Shown here: piece by piece, positions 1 to 9,262 of the stretch
Position numbering within the stretch: position 1 is the stretch's first letter
Layout of the letters: every line of letters starts with the position of its first letter
Source of the DNA: a virus
Length of the DNA: 64,000 bases
IMG/VR virus record: IMGVR_UViG_3300032093_000042
Coordinates: 32,001-96,000 of that record
Direction: 5' to 3' (one strand)
Translations under genes and position numbers: made by a program
The notes under the pieces: model-generated
Databases searched by the model: none
What the model was told of the DNA's origin: nothing
Seen by the model: the letters and a program-made list of their open reading frames with translations, nothing else

Positions 1-2
1 TT

Positions 3-62
3 ATAACTTTCACAAATATTGACGATAAAATATTTGGTAGTGCAATAAATAATTTCCAATAA
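3..62 (+). CDS. 3' end of an upstream gene (partial), probably a tail-fibre-type protein C-terminus
   Basis: Open frame ITFTNIDDKIFGSAINNFQ* ends at TAA 60-62, 3 nt before the next ATG; fibre-gene context. Confidence 0.45.
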   Translation: MTFTNIDDKIFGSAINNFQ

Positions 63-65
63 TTT

Positions 66-392
66 ATGAATTTCCCAACTTCATTTTGGAAAAATGTTGA
101 TGATATACCTGGTGTAAATTATAAAATTTTTCAAACATATACTACTGTAAATGGACCTGTAATTGCGAACGGCGCTGTAGAAGCTTATTATGATTATACT
201 TCGGCTAGTTCTGGTCCAGGAACTTTAAGAGCCGAGTTTAATAACGTAGGATATAGCTTGCCGCCATTAGGGAGTTCGGCACTTATTACATGCTGTTTAC
301 CATTTGACTCGACTGGTTTTACGATTGTAGTCGGAGAAGGAGTTCCTGGTAGTAGTCCGGGCACACCAACAAATTCCGGTGTAAATTGTTAA
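66..392 (+). CDS. small hypothetical protein, tail-fibre associated
   Basis: 108-aa ORF tightly packed between fibre-like genes. Confidence 0.6.
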   Translation: MNFPTSFWKNVDDIPGVNYKIFQTYTTVNGPVIANGAVEAYYDYTSASSGPGTLRAEFNNVGYSLPPLGSSALITCCLPFDSTGFTIVVGEGVPGSSPGTPTNSGVNC

Positions 393-425
393 CTTTAAAA
401 TTTCAAAAATATATACTTATATTAT

Positions 426-1481
426 ATGGCAATAAGTTCGTGTAACAGTTTAAATGTAAAAACTCTGAGAACAAGTCAGTTGGCAAATGCATCCACATTA
501 TCAAATAACGATGTAATACAAATTTCACAATATAGTGGTGGAAATTATTTTTCCAAAAAAAGTAGTTTATCTAATTTGAAAGATTATTTCACCAACGGAG
601 GAATTTTTAGTGGTAGTTTTAGTGGTAGTTACTGGGGTAGAATAGTTAGCAAAAATACCAAAGCTACAGGTAGTTTTTATGGCACAAACAACAAACTGAG
701 TGGTAGTTTTAGTGGTAGTTATTTTGGTAGTGTAACTAGCAAAAACACAAAAGCTACAGGTAGTTTTAGTGGTAGCTTTAAAGGTAAATCAAGTGGTAGT
801 TTTAGTGGTAGTTATTTTGGTAGTGTAACTAGCAAAAACACAAAAGCTACAGGTAGTTTTTATGGCACAAACAACAAACTAAGCGGTAGTTTTAGTGGTA
901 GTTATTTTGGTAGTGTAACTAGCAAAAACACAAAAGCTACAGGTAGTTTTTATGGAACAAACAATAAATTGAGTGGCAGTTTTAGTGGAAGTTATTTGGG
1001 TAAAATAACAAGTAAAAATTCTTTATTAACAGGCAGCTTTAGAGGTATAGATAATATTACTAATTTTAAAGGTACTGGTAAAAACGTATCTTATAATGGT
1101 ACTTCAAGTTACGCTGTAAGCGGTAGTCATGCCGTTAAAAGTGATTATGCCATAACAAGTAGTTATGTAAATCCACAATATAATCCTGCTATTACAAAAG
1201 CATGGGTAAACTTTAGTAACACAGGAGCAATTATATCCGCATATAATGTTTCATCGGTAACAAAAAATGACACAGGTGATTATACTGTTAATTTTTCGTC
1301 TCCGACTCCATTTTCTAATTCTAATTACGTAATGGTTACCGCAACCAACCAGTTTCATACAGCAGGTTATAATGTATACGTTCCAACTAAAACTACTTCA
1401 CAAGTTAGAGTTTCTGTTTATAGAACCGAAGTAGATCTTGCAGCAAATGAAGGCGCAAATCTTGTTTTCTTCGGATATTAA
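426..1481 (+). CDS. tail-fibre-like protein with SGSFSGS repeats and a C-terminal fibre-tip domain
   Basis: Repeats of KNTKATGSFYGTNNKLSGSFSGSY; C-terminal KAWVNF...YNVSSVT...GDYTVNF motif typical of phage fibre C-termini; TACTTATA motif upstream. Confidence 0.7.
   Translation: MAISSCNSLNVKTLRTSQLANASTLSNNDVIQISQYSGGNYFSKKSSLSNLKDYFTNGGIFSGSFSGSYWGRIVSKNTKATGSFYGTNNKLSGSFSGSYFGSVTSKNTKATGSFSGSFKGKSSGSFSGSYFGSVTSKNTKATGSFYGTNNKLSGSFSGSYFGSVTSKNTKATGSFYGTNNKLSGSFSGSYLGKITSKNSLLTGSFRGIDNITNFKGTGKNVSYNGTSSYAVSGSHAVKSDYAITSSYVNPQYNPAITKAWVNFSNTGAIISAYNVSSVTKNDTGDYTVNFSSPTPFSNSNYVMVTATNQFHTAGYNVYVPTKTTSQVRVSVYRTEVDLAANEGANLVFFGY
651..1013 (+). repeat. about four tandem copies of a 90-93 bp coding repeat (30-31 aa)
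   Basis: Unit aaaaacacaaaagctacaggtagtttt...agtggtagttattttggtagtgtaactagc starts at 651, 741, 834 and 924. Confidence 0.9.
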
Positions 1482-1499
1482 TGTTAATATTTATTATAT

Positions 1500-2666
1500 A
1501 TGCCAAGTCCATGTAACAATTTAAATGTAATTCCTATCAAAGTTAGTCAACTTGTTAGATATAAAAATATAGACGTTGATGATTTTTTGCTTACGATAGA
1601 ATCGGGATCTGGTTTATATTCCAGAAAAAGTACTTTTGGAGATTTAGTAGACGCATTGGGAAATGTAACTGGTTCATATACAGGTAGTTTTAGTGGTAGT
1701 TTTAGTGGTAGCTTTAAAGGTAAATCAAGTGGTAGTTTTAGCGGAAGTTACTGGGGAAGTGTAATTAGTAAAAATACCAAAGCTACTGGTAGTTTTAACG
1801 GAAAAACAAGTGGTAGTTTTAGTGGTAGTATATTGAGTAAAAATACAAAAGCTACTGGTAGTTTTTATGGTAATAAAAGTAATATAAGTGGTAGTTTTAG
1901 TGGTAGTTTTTATGGCAGTTTACTTAGCAAAACCACAAAAGCTAGTGGTAGTTTTAGTGGTAGTTTTTATGGAAGTTTATTGAGTAAAAACACAAAGGCA
2001 AGTGGCAGTTTTAGTGGCAGTCATTATGGAAGTTTACTGAGCAAAAATACAAAAGCCAGCGGCAGTTTTAGTGGCAGTCACTATGGAAAAGTAATTGGAT
2101 CAAACGGATCGTTAATCACAGGATCTTTTAGAGGCATTGATAATATTACTAATTTTAAGGGCACAGGCAAAAAAGTATCATTTAATGGTACATCGAGTTA
2201 CGCTGTAAGTGCTAGTTATGCACTTACGGCGAGTTATTTAGCCGGAGTTAGTGTTGCTGGCGATATATTTGCAAACGCATCTTATAATCAAAAAACCGGA
2301 GCTAATATACCTGTCAAGTCGGGTACATCAAACGTTTTTGGAGCTTTCGGTGAAGCTGGCAAAAAAATAAAATGGTTCAAAATAGAAGGTAGTTTTAATG
2401 TAGGTGAAAATGATTATGTAATACTTAATGGCGTAACTTTCAAATTATATGGCGAAGTTGGAGATGGAACTTTACTTACGTCAAACATATATTCAAGTTG
2501 GGGATGGCAAAACGGATATTCATACAATCCGGACGGCGGAACTATAAGAACTCATTTTACAATTGAAGGTGCTCCTCCTACATCATATACGGGAGGACAA
2601 ATTATACTACTTTTATGGGCGGCGGGATCGTATAGTTGCCAAGGATATTCAGTTGGTTACTATTAA
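1500..2666 (+). CDS. tail-fibre-like protein, paralogue of 426..1481 with a different C-terminal domain
   Basis: Similar N-terminus (CNxLNV..SQL), SGSFSGSxYGSLLSKNTKA repeats and a near-identical TGSFRGIDNITNFKGTGK.VS.NGTSSYAVS block; unrelated C-terminus. Confidence 0.7.
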   Translation: MPSPCNNLNVIPIKVSQLVRYKNIDVDDFLLTIESGSGLYSRKSTFGDLVDALGNVTGSYTGSFSGSFSGSFKGKSSGSFSGSYWGSVISKNTKATGSFNGKTSGSFSGSILSKNTKATGSFYGNKSNISGSFSGSFYGSLLSKTTKASGSFSGSFYGSLLSKNTKASGSFSGSHYGSLLSKNTKASGSFSGSHYGKVIGSNGSLITGSFRGIDNITNFKGTGKKVSFNGTSSYAVSASYALTASYLAGVSVAGDIFANASYNQKTGANIPVKSGTSNVFGAFGEAGKKIKWFKIEGSFNVGENDYVILNGVTFKLYGEVGDGTLLTSNIYSSWGWQNGYSYNPDGGTIRTHFTIEGAPPTSYTGGQIILLLWAAGSYSCQGYSVGYY

Positions 2667-2670
2667 AACA

Positions 2671-2700
2671 TTGACATTTTTCTTCAACTGTGTTATATAT
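2671..2700 (+). promoter_or_regulatory. sigma70-type promoter for hsp20
   Basis: TTGACA (2671-2676), 17-nt spacer, TGt-TATATA extended -10. Confidence 0.65.
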
Positions 2701-2705
2701 ATTGT

Positions 2706-2793
2706 TAGATGGTGATCTTATAGACACTATCTACTATAGTGCTCGAGTGAGGCTATTAGGTTAATAAGTTCAATAGAATTATTAAAAGAAAGG
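2706..2793 (+). promoter_or_regulatory. structured 5' UTR of hsp20: three hairpins, then a GAAAGG Shine-Dalgarno
   Basis: Stems tagatggtg/cactatcta (2706-2733), atagt(g)ctc/gaggctat (2736-2756) and ttaataa(g)ttc/gaattattaa (2761-2785). Confidence 0.55.
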
Positions 2794-2800
2794 TAAATAT

Positions 2801-3286
2801 ATGTCAGTAATTAAATATAGTCCGTTTGCATTGCGTCACGTAGATCGTGATGAATTTCTAACTCCGTTTGATCGTGTATTTGATGAAGTATTCGCAAATC
2901 ACTTTCCAGAATTAACAAAAGAACTAGGTGTTGGATTTTTTGAAAAACAAAGTTATCCACGTGTAGATGTGGTTGATTATAGTGATAGAGTTGAAATTCT
3001 AGCAGAAATTCCGGGTTTAAGTAAAGATGAAGTTACCGTTGAAGTACAAGAAAACGTGCTTACAATTAGTGGTCAGAAAGTTCGTAAGTTAAATGATGCA
3101 GATCTACAAGATCGTAGATATATTCGTAGAGAACTTAAACATAGCAGTTTTAAACGCAGTTTTACATTGGGTGATATAATTGATAAAGATCAACCGATTG
3201 CTAAATTTGAAAATGGACTTTTAACTGTTACACTTAATAAGTTAAAACCAACGATTCCCACTACTAAGAAAGTAAAGATTGATTAA
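2801..3286 (+). CDS. hsp20: small heat-shock protein (Hsp20/alpha-crystallin family)
   Basis: PRVDV, AEIPGL.K.EV.V, LTISG, RREL..SSFKRSFTL and AKFENGLLTVTL motifs. Confidence 0.95.
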   Translation: MSVIKYSPFALRHVDRDEFLTPFDRVFDEVFANHFPELTKELGVGFFEKQSYPRVDVVDYSDRVEILAEIPGLSKDEVTVEVQENVLTISGQKVRKLNDADLQDRRYIRRELKHSSFKRSFTLGDIIDKDQPIAKFENGLLTVTLNKLKPTIPTTKKVKID

Positions 3287-3305
3287 TATTCAATCGTGGT
3301 TATAT

Positions 3306-3341
3306 AACCCACGTTATTAATTTAACGTGGGTTTTTATTTT
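3306..3341 (+). terminator. rho-independent terminator after hsp20
   Basis: aacccacgtta-ttaatt-taacgtgggtt followed by a T-rich tract. Confidence 0.85.
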
Positions 3342-3357
3342 ATATATATTTATAGAT

Positions 3358-4320
3358 ATGATCAAATTTAATCATTTAGTAATAGGCACTTCACTTTTAA
3401 TCGCCGGATGTGCAGCGTATTTTAGTGTGTATGGCATCGGATTGTTATTTTCGGGAGCTACAATTGCTGCTATGATAATGGCATCATCTTTGGAATTAGG
3501 CAAATTAGTAACAACATCGTGGTTATTTAGATATTGGTCAAAAGCAAATTTTTTTATAAAAACTTATATGATAACAGCTATATTTGCTTTAATGATGATT
3601 ACATCACTCGGTATTTATGGATTTTTAACTGCTGCATTTCAAAAATCTTCTTTGGAAAACGAATTGTCTATTAACAAAATTTCAACATTACAGATACAAA
3701 AAAACGAAGAAGTGCTTAAAATTGATTCAACAAAAAAATCTATAGAAAAAATATATATTTTAAGAAGTTCACAAGAATCACGTTTAAATGAGATTTTAAC
3801 AAATGTTTTAATCTCTCGTAATCCTATTCAATTACAAAATATACAAAATCAAATAAATGAACAAATATTAGATTTAAATAAACAATTAGAAGACGAAAAC
3901 AACAAATTAAAAAGTTATGACGATAAACGTACACGGATAGACGATGATATTTTTAAATTGAAAGTTGAAAATAGTCAAAAGAAAGACATAACTACGTTTA
4001 AATTTGTTGCTGAACAATTCAATACAACCATTCAAAATGTTGTAAAATGGTTTATAATTGTTCTTATAACCGTATTTGATCCACTTGCTGTGATTTTATT
4101 GATTGCGTATAATATATCATCAAATAAAAAATATGTAAATGAAGAATCTGAGAATAAGACAGATAATATTCATGAAAAGATTGTTACGGTAGAAAAACCG
4201 GTTGAAGTGGAAAAAATTATTACTGTAGAAAAACCAGTTGAAGTGGAAAAGATTGTTGAAAAGGTGGTAGAAAAACCTTCAAAAAAATCAAAGGGTATAA
4301 GAGGTATGTTTAGTTTTTAA
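3358..4320 (+). CDS. membrane protein: three N-terminal TM helices, coiled coil, one further TM, C-terminal VEKPVEVEKI repeats
   Basis: Hydrophobic segments; LELGKLV and VFDPLAV motifs; heptad-rich middle; 36-bp repeats at 4174-4257. Confidence 0.75.
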   Translation: MIKFNHLVIGTSLLIAGCAAYFSVYGIGLLFSGATIAAMIMASSLELGKLVTTSWLFRYWSKANFFIKTYMITAIFALMMITSLGIYGFLTAAFQKSSLENELSINKISTLQIQKNEEVLKIDSTKKSIEKIYILRSSQESRLNEILTNVLISRNPIQLQNIQNQINEQILDLNKQLEDENNKLKSYDDKRTRIDDDIFKLKVENSQKKDITTFKFVAEQFNTTIQNVVKWFIIVLITVFDPLAVILLIAYNISSNKKYVNEESENKTDNIHEKIVTVEKPVEVEKIITVEKPVEVEKIVEKVVEKPSKKSKGIRGMFSF

Positions 4321-4368
4321 ATTAAAATAAATTTAATATTTTTTCGTTTTATACGTACTTATACGTAT

Positions 4369-4518
4369 ATGGACGACACAGAGATACTGGAATTATATAA
4401 AATTTTAAAACGCGGATTTAAAAATTCGGATTGGGATTTGATACAAGAATCTATAGACTATGTAACTGAATATATAGATATAGACGATTGTGAAGAAACA
4501 ACTGACGACTCAAACTAA
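4369..4518 (+). CDS. small acidic hypothetical protein (49 aa), absent from the ORF track
   Basis: MDDTEILELYKILKRGFKNSDWDLIQESIDYVTEYIDIDDCEETTDDSN*; TACTTATA 5 nt upstream; stop overlaps the next ATG (TAATG). Confidence 0.7.
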   Translation: MDDTEILELYKILKRGFKNSDWDLIQESIDYVTEYIDIDDCEETTDDSN

Positions 4519-4835
4519 TGATAATTTTTTTATTATTCTTGTTATTATTATCTATAATAACAAATATTTTTTTAGTTGTCTCTTTAAAGAAATCGTTTAA
4601 TCAAATTGATATATTAGAAGACTGGTTGGTAGAGTTTAGATTTTTAATTAAAAATACATATAATAAGTTGAAATCCATTGATGATAAGGGTATATTTGAA
4701 AAAGATGATGAAGTAGGTGTGTTATTTACAGATTTACTAGAAATTATCAAATTAACAAATAAAAGAATTCAAACCGATGACGATAACTCCTTCGATATTA
4801 ATGAAAAAAACAAAACGCAAGTCTTCAAAACTTAA
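4518..4835 (+). CDS. small protein with an N-terminal TM helix
   Basis: Hydrophobic N-terminus, then IDDKGIFEKDDEVG; coupled to the upstream ORF. Confidence 0.7.
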   Translation: MIIFLLFLLLLSIITNIFLVVSLKKSFNQIDILEDWLVEFRFLIKNTYNKLKSIDDKGIFEKDDEVGVLFTDLLEIIKLTNKRIQTDDDNSFDINEKNKTQVFKT

Positions 4836-5751
4836 TAAAAAAACCGTTTCTGTTGTAGCCAAAAAAAGGGTTAGTAACAAAACAAAATTAAAAAATAAAA
4901 AATCGCCAGTCATTGATAAAATCAATATTGGCGTTTTATTGCCTGAAAAAGAAATTTCAACTATAGAAGTGCCTCGTACCGTCAAACACGAAGTCGTAGA
5001 GGATCAAATTTTAGAAACTAACGACGAATCTATTTTTGATGAAAATGGAATGCGTAAAAAACGACGTGGTAGAAATAAAAAAGAAAAAATATATTTTTCC
5101 AAAAAAACAGAAGATGCTATTGTAGAGTATAATACTGAGGAAGATGTAGTTAAAAGAAATGAAATATACGAAACAAAAATAAAATTTAGCTTTGAAAAAC
5201 TTGTAGAAAATATATTCAATACGTTTAAGTTTACATATTTTGATAATAGTCCTTTAGAAATACAAAAAGAAACTGTTTCTCACTTGGTTACTAATATTAA
5301 CAAATTTCAAGCAGGCAAAGGAAAAGCTTTTAGTTATTTTAGCATAGTGGCTAAAAATTATTTAATTTTTCATAATAATAATAATTATAAAAGATTTAAT
5401 CAACATGTAGATATTAGCGAAACTCCGAGTGAATCTTCCGTATGTTTACAAACCGAAGACGAACACTATAAAATTGTACAGAATCAAGAATTTATGAAGT
5501 TACTCATAAAGTATTGGGAAGAAAACATTACAAAAATATTTAATAAACAAAAAGATTTAAAAATTGCATATGCTGTAATTGAATTGTTTAGAAACTGTGA
5601 ACGAATCGAAAACTTTAATAAAAAAACATTATATTTGTATATACGTGAGTTAAGTGACTGTAAAACCCAACAGATTACTAAGGTTTTAAATAAAATGAAA
5701 AATTATCAAAATATTGTTACTAAAAATTATTCAAATCGGGGAATAATATAA
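4777..5751 (+). CDS. phage late-transcription sigma factor (T4 gp55-like) with a basic N-terminal extension
   Basis: YFSKKTEDAIVEYN...KLVENIFNTFKF...NKFQAGKGKAFSYFSIVAKNYLI resembles sigma region 2 of gp55-type factors; the true start may be ATG 4801. Confidence 0.7.
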   Translation: MTITPSILMKKTKRKSSKLNKKTVSVVAKKRVSNKTKLKNKKSPVIDKINIGVLLPEKEISTIEVPRTVKHEVVEDQILETNDESIFDENGMRKKRRGRNKKEKIYFSKKTEDAIVEYNTEEDVVKRNEIYETKIKFSFEKLVENIFNTFKFTYFDNSPLEIQKETVSHLVTNINKFQAGKGKAFSYFSIVAKNYLIFHNNNNYKRFNQHVDISETPSESSVCLQTEDEHYKIVQNQEFMKLLIKYWEENITKIFNKQKDLKIAYAVIELFRNCERIENFNKKTLYLYIRELSDCKTQQITKVLNKMKNYQNIVTKNYSNRGII

Positions 5752-5767
5752 AATCTAAATAATCAAT

Positions 5768-5796
5768 AAAACCACTCTAAATAGAGTGGTTTTTCT
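5768..5796 (+). terminator. rho-independent terminator
   Basis: aaaaccactcta-aa-tagagtggtttt hairpin with T tract. Confidence 0.8.
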
Positions 5797-5803
5797 ATTT
5801 ATA
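5796..5803 (+). promoter_or_regulatory. putative late promoter TATTTATA (representative of about 20 copies)
   Basis: Follows a terminator and lies 5 nt before ATG 5809; the same oriented motif precedes many structural genes (listed under findings). Confidence 0.65.
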
Positions 5804-5808
5804 GCTAT

Positions 5809-6156
5809 ATGGACTTAAATTTTGAAATTTATAAAGGTAAAAATTTTTCTAGTCTCTGTAAAGACATAGTTAAAAATTCTGAAAATAAAAAGGATCAAAT
5901 TGATATTTTGATATCCGAGTTACGTACATTAATTAAAACAGTTAATGATGCTGTAATAATAGTGCCATTAATTAAGGATTATTATGATGTAGGTATCAAA
6001 AATGACGAACAATTAGTTAAATTGGCATCTGTAGTTCAGAGACTAGTAGCTAAAAGTGAAACTAGTGGAGAAGGTCCTGCTATGGTTTTGAGTGAGGAAG
6101 AGAGAAAACAATTAATGGATGAAGTTATAATAATCAGTAAAAATCAACAATCGTAA
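5809..6156 (+). CDS. helical hypothetical protein
   Basis: 115-aa ORF with upstream late motif; stop overlaps the next start. Confidence 0.7.
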   Translation: MDLNFEIYKGKNFSSLCKDIVKNSENKKDQIDILISELRTLIKTVNDAVIIVPLIKDYYDVGIKNDEQLVKLASVVQRLVAKSETSGEGPAMVLSEEERKQLMDEVIIISKNQQS

Positions 6157-7862
6157 TGAGTACAAATATATCTACAATAGTTAGAAATTCAAATCCGTCG
6201 ACTACGACCATAACAAATTCCACTTTAAAAGGAACAGATACTAGTTTTTTGCAATTAGCCGTTGTTGTTGATGTAATATTGGATGATAAACATCCATTTT
6301 TTGGAAAAACTACCAACAATAATAATTCTAAAATCGCTCCTACAATTAGGTATCAACAAATACCTATCAATTATGAAAATAAAATACCAGAAGCTAACAA
6401 CGTTGATTACACGTATATTGGCAGAGCTAAAATTCGCATTTTAAGCGAAGAAAAACAAACATCCAATGATAAACTACCATGGGCAATACCACTGGATAAT
6501 ACAATTACACAATTTCCATTACTAAACGAACAAGTGTTGGTATTGAAAGTTGGAGATAATTATTATTATACTAAACCATTTAATAGAGTAAATCTATGGG
6601 GTACAAATGGAGAATTTATAACAGAAAAATCTAACAGCGAAGATGCAAATAGTGCCGTACCGTATTTGGAGCCAAAAAATCGTAAAAGTTATGTAAGTCA
6701 TCCATCATTTTTAAGCTTGAATAAAAATGGTTATTTCGGCAATTATTTTATACTAAATCCCTACATTAGGGGAGTGAGACAGTTTGAGGGAGATACAGTA
6801 ATACAAAGTAGATTCGGACAGTCTATTCGTTTTAGTGCATACGATGATGACCGACTAAATGATAAAGGTAGATATCCATCTTATGCTTTGGTTGGAAATT
6901 TATTAAAAGAATCTGTAGAAGGTGGTTATGGTAATCCAAAAATTACAATAAGAAACAGACAACGTAATATAGCTCAAAATAAATCACAACAGTTACATCC
7001 AAAACTTCCACCAATACCTTCCATAAAAGAAAAAGAAAAAAATTATGGTGGTCAGATAGATGAAGATGTTAACAACGATGGTACTACTATACAAATAACA
7101 AGTGGATATACCATAAGTTCATGGCAAACCACTGTGTACAAAAGCGTTTTTGGTATTACAGACGACAATAAACCGACCGAAGAACAAACTAGATTTAATC
7201 CGAATGGTTCAACCAACTTTAAATTTCCTATATTAGACGGTGATCAAATAGTAATAAATTCTGATAGATTAATTTTAAGTAGTAGATTTGCAGAAACATT
7301 TCATTTTAGTAAAAAACGTTATGCGGTAGCTACCGACAGTGAATATACGGTTGACGCAAATGACAATGTTGTTATTACCACAAATAACGTAGCTTGTATT
7401 AATGCGCCTCAAATATTTCTGGGTCAATACGGTGAGACAAATGAACCAGCTTTATTAGGTCAAACAACAGTAGATTGGATGTATGATCTGTGTAATTGGT
7501 TATTGGATCACGTACATTGGTATCACCACGTACATCCACATCCACATGGACACGAAGACGCAGGTGCAATAAGCTCGGAAAATACAAACGACGCGTTACC
7601 AAATCAAACACAGATACCCGTACAACAAATAAAACTTAAATTATTGAGAGACAATCTACATAAGACACTAAGTAGACGAGTATTCGTTACTGGTGGTGGA
7701 TATGCGCCCGGTAGTAACGGAGTAAAACCAACGAGTAGTGGAGTTGAATGTAAAGATCCAATAAATATAAATATTGTTACGGGTCAAGGAGTCGTCGGTG
7801 ATTTTAAAGGTAGAAATCGTAGAGAAGCTCCTGTACAATTTGAATTTGAATTTCAAAATTGA
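6156..7862 (+). CDS. baseplate hub/central spike protein (gp5/gpV-like) with a His-rich apex
   Basis: N-terminal OB-fold-like AVVVDVILD...IGRAKIR...WAIPL...PLLNEQV; FEGDTVIQSRFGQSIRF; GDQIVINSDRLIL; EPALLG; HVHWYHHVHPHPHGH; upstream of gp25/gp6 homologues. Confidence 0.7.
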   Translation: MSTNISTIVRNSNPSTTTITNSTLKGTDTSFLQLAVVVDVILDDKHPFFGKTTNNNNSKIAPTIRYQQIPINYENKIPEANNVDYTYIGRAKIRILSEEKQTSNDKLPWAIPLDNTITQFPLLNEQVLVLKVGDNYYYTKPFNRVNLWGTNGEFITEKSNSEDANSAVPYLEPKNRKSYVSHPSFLSLNKNGYFGNYFILNPYIRGVRQFEGDTVIQSRFGQSIRFSAYDDDRLNDKGRYPSYALVGNLLKESVEGGYGNPKITIRNRQRNIAQNKSQQLHPKLPPIPSIKEKEKNYGGQIDEDVNNDGTTIQITSGYTISSWQTTVYKSVFGITDDNKPTEEQTRFNPNGSTNFKFPILDGDQIVINSDRLILSSRFAETFHFSKKRYAVATDSEYTVDANDNVVITTNNVACINAPQIFLGQYGETNEPALLGQTTVDWMYDLCNWLLDHVHWYHHVHPHPHGHEDAGAISSENTNDALPNQTQIPVQQIKLKLLRDNLHKTLSRRVFVTGGGYAPGSNGVKPTSSGVECKDPININIVTGQGVVGDFKGRNRREAPVQFEFEFQN

Positions 7863-7863
7863 T

Positions 7864-8361
7864 ATGAACAACATTTTTAAAGATCCAACCCCGTCATTAT
7901 CAGGACCGCCTACCCAGACCGTTAGTGGAGTAACAAATAAATCAGCTATTATTGACAATAAAAATTTAAAAGTTCAGTACGATCCGTCCGATGTTAAAAC
8001 GACCGGGTCCGAGACATCAACCATAAAACCTAATGGTATAGGTAAAGATTGGACTCCTAATCAATATAATCCACAATCTATTTCGGGAAATGATACATTT
8101 GTATATCCTAAAACAGGAAATGTAGGATCTACCGCTGAATTAGCTAAAACAACAAAAACAGAACCTACTAACGACGTAGTTAACAACGGTATAACAAAAA
8201 CATCCGAAACGAGACTAAAAGAAGTACAGGCTGGTTTGCCTAAACCAAAAGTGCCTAAACCAGTTAATACACCTCGTATAAAAACAATAAAAATACCAAG
8301 ACCGACTGATTCAAAAGACGTAACAGATTTATTAAATTTACCTAAATCTAGTTTAGGTTAA
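7864..8361 (+). CDS. hypothetical Pro/Thr/Lys-rich protein
   Basis: ATG 7864 directly follows the upstream stop and is more plausible than the track start at 7774. Confidence 0.6.
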   Translation: MNNIFKDPTPSLSGPPTQTVSGVTNKSAIIDNKNLKVQYDPSDVKTTGSETSTIKPNGIGKDWTPNQYNPQSISGNDTFVYPKTGNVGSTAELAKTTKTEPTNDVVNNGITKTSETRLKEVQAGLPKPKVPKPVNTPRIKTIKIPRPTDSKDVTDLLNLPKSSLG

Positions 8362-8378
8362 TAATTATATATAATATT

Positions 8379-8852
8379 ATGAAAATAGAAGTATTAAAAG
8401 AATTCATTAAAAAAACGGTACAACAAGAAGTGCGTAGTGTTATTCAGTCTGAACTTAAACTTCAGTTAACAGAAATATTTTCTAAAGAAGTTGGTCAGAA
8501 AAAGAAAAAATCATCCGATTCTGATTTAGAACAACAAATTTTAAAAGAATTGGAAACTATGAATGAATCTTCTATGATTGAAGAAGAAGTTAAACCTGTC
8601 AAAAAGTTTGTAAAATACACAAATAATCCATTATTGAATGATATTCTTAATCAAACAACAGGCGGAGTTCCACAAGAAGGTGGTATGGTAAGTATGTTGG
8701 GCGGATATGGCGGTGGTGGCAGTCAAGAAGTTATTGCGGAAACCAAAGTACCAGAAAATGCTTCTGAACCAGTTAAAAGTGTATATACGGCTCTCAATAG
8801 AGACTATAGATCATTAATGAAAGCCGTAAGCAAGAAAAAAGGTGAAAAATAA
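8379..8852 (+). CDS. hypothetical protein
   Basis: 157-aa ORF; TAATTATA upstream; amphipathic N-terminus. Confidence 0.7.
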   Translation: MKIEVLKEFIKKTVQQEVRSVIQSELKLQLTEIFSKEVGQKKKKSSDSDLEQQILKELETMNESSMIEEEVKPVKKFVKYTNNPLLNDILNQTTGGVPQEGGMVSMLGGYGGGGSQEVIAETKVPENASEPVKSVYTALNRDYRSLMKAVSKKKGEK

Positions 8853-8860
8853 GGTAACTA

Positions 8861-9262
8861 ATGGCTACACCTAAAAAAGCAATAGGATTATCACTACCGA
8901 TACAACTTGGTAATGAAGGTTATTTTGCAACAAACAAAGATACGATTTCACAAGTTGCTGATAATTTACAAAATATGTTATTAACTATACCAGGAGAACG
9001 TAGATTTAATAACAGTTTTGGTTCTGGACTTTATAATTTACTTTTTCAATCAATTGATAACGACGTTTCTAATGATATCATTTTGGATGTAATTCAACGA
9101 GATATTGATAAGTATTTAAAGGGTATAGCTATATTGAAAGTAGAATTATCTCAACAACAAGTGGAAAATAATGATAAAAATTCAATATTTATAAGTATTA
9201 CGTTTAGATATAACAATACTATAGGCACAACACAACTAAATTTGGAAGGTAATAGAATATAA
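8861..9262 (+). CDS. gp25: baseplate wedge subunit, gp25/GPW-like
   Basis: NLQNMLLTIPGERRFNNSFGSGLYNLLF matches the gp25 LLT..GER...P.FG..L..LLF signature. Confidence 0.9.
   Translation: MATPKKAIGLSLPIQLGNEGYFATNKDTISQVADNLQNMLLTIPGERRFNNSFGSGLYNLLFQSIDNDVSNDIILDVIQRDIDKYLKGIAILKVELSQQQVENNDKNSIFISITFRYNNTIGTTQLNLEGNRI

Noticed and set aside
610-2090. Regularly spaced repeats that could be taken for a CRISPR array
   Set aside because: In-frame, degenerate at third codon positions, no unique spacers, no cas genes; these are coding repeats
2730-2760. CIRCE (HrcA) operator upstream of hsp20
   Set aside because: The gtgctc/gagtg sequence does not match TTAGCACTC-N9-GAGTGCTAA in order or spacing
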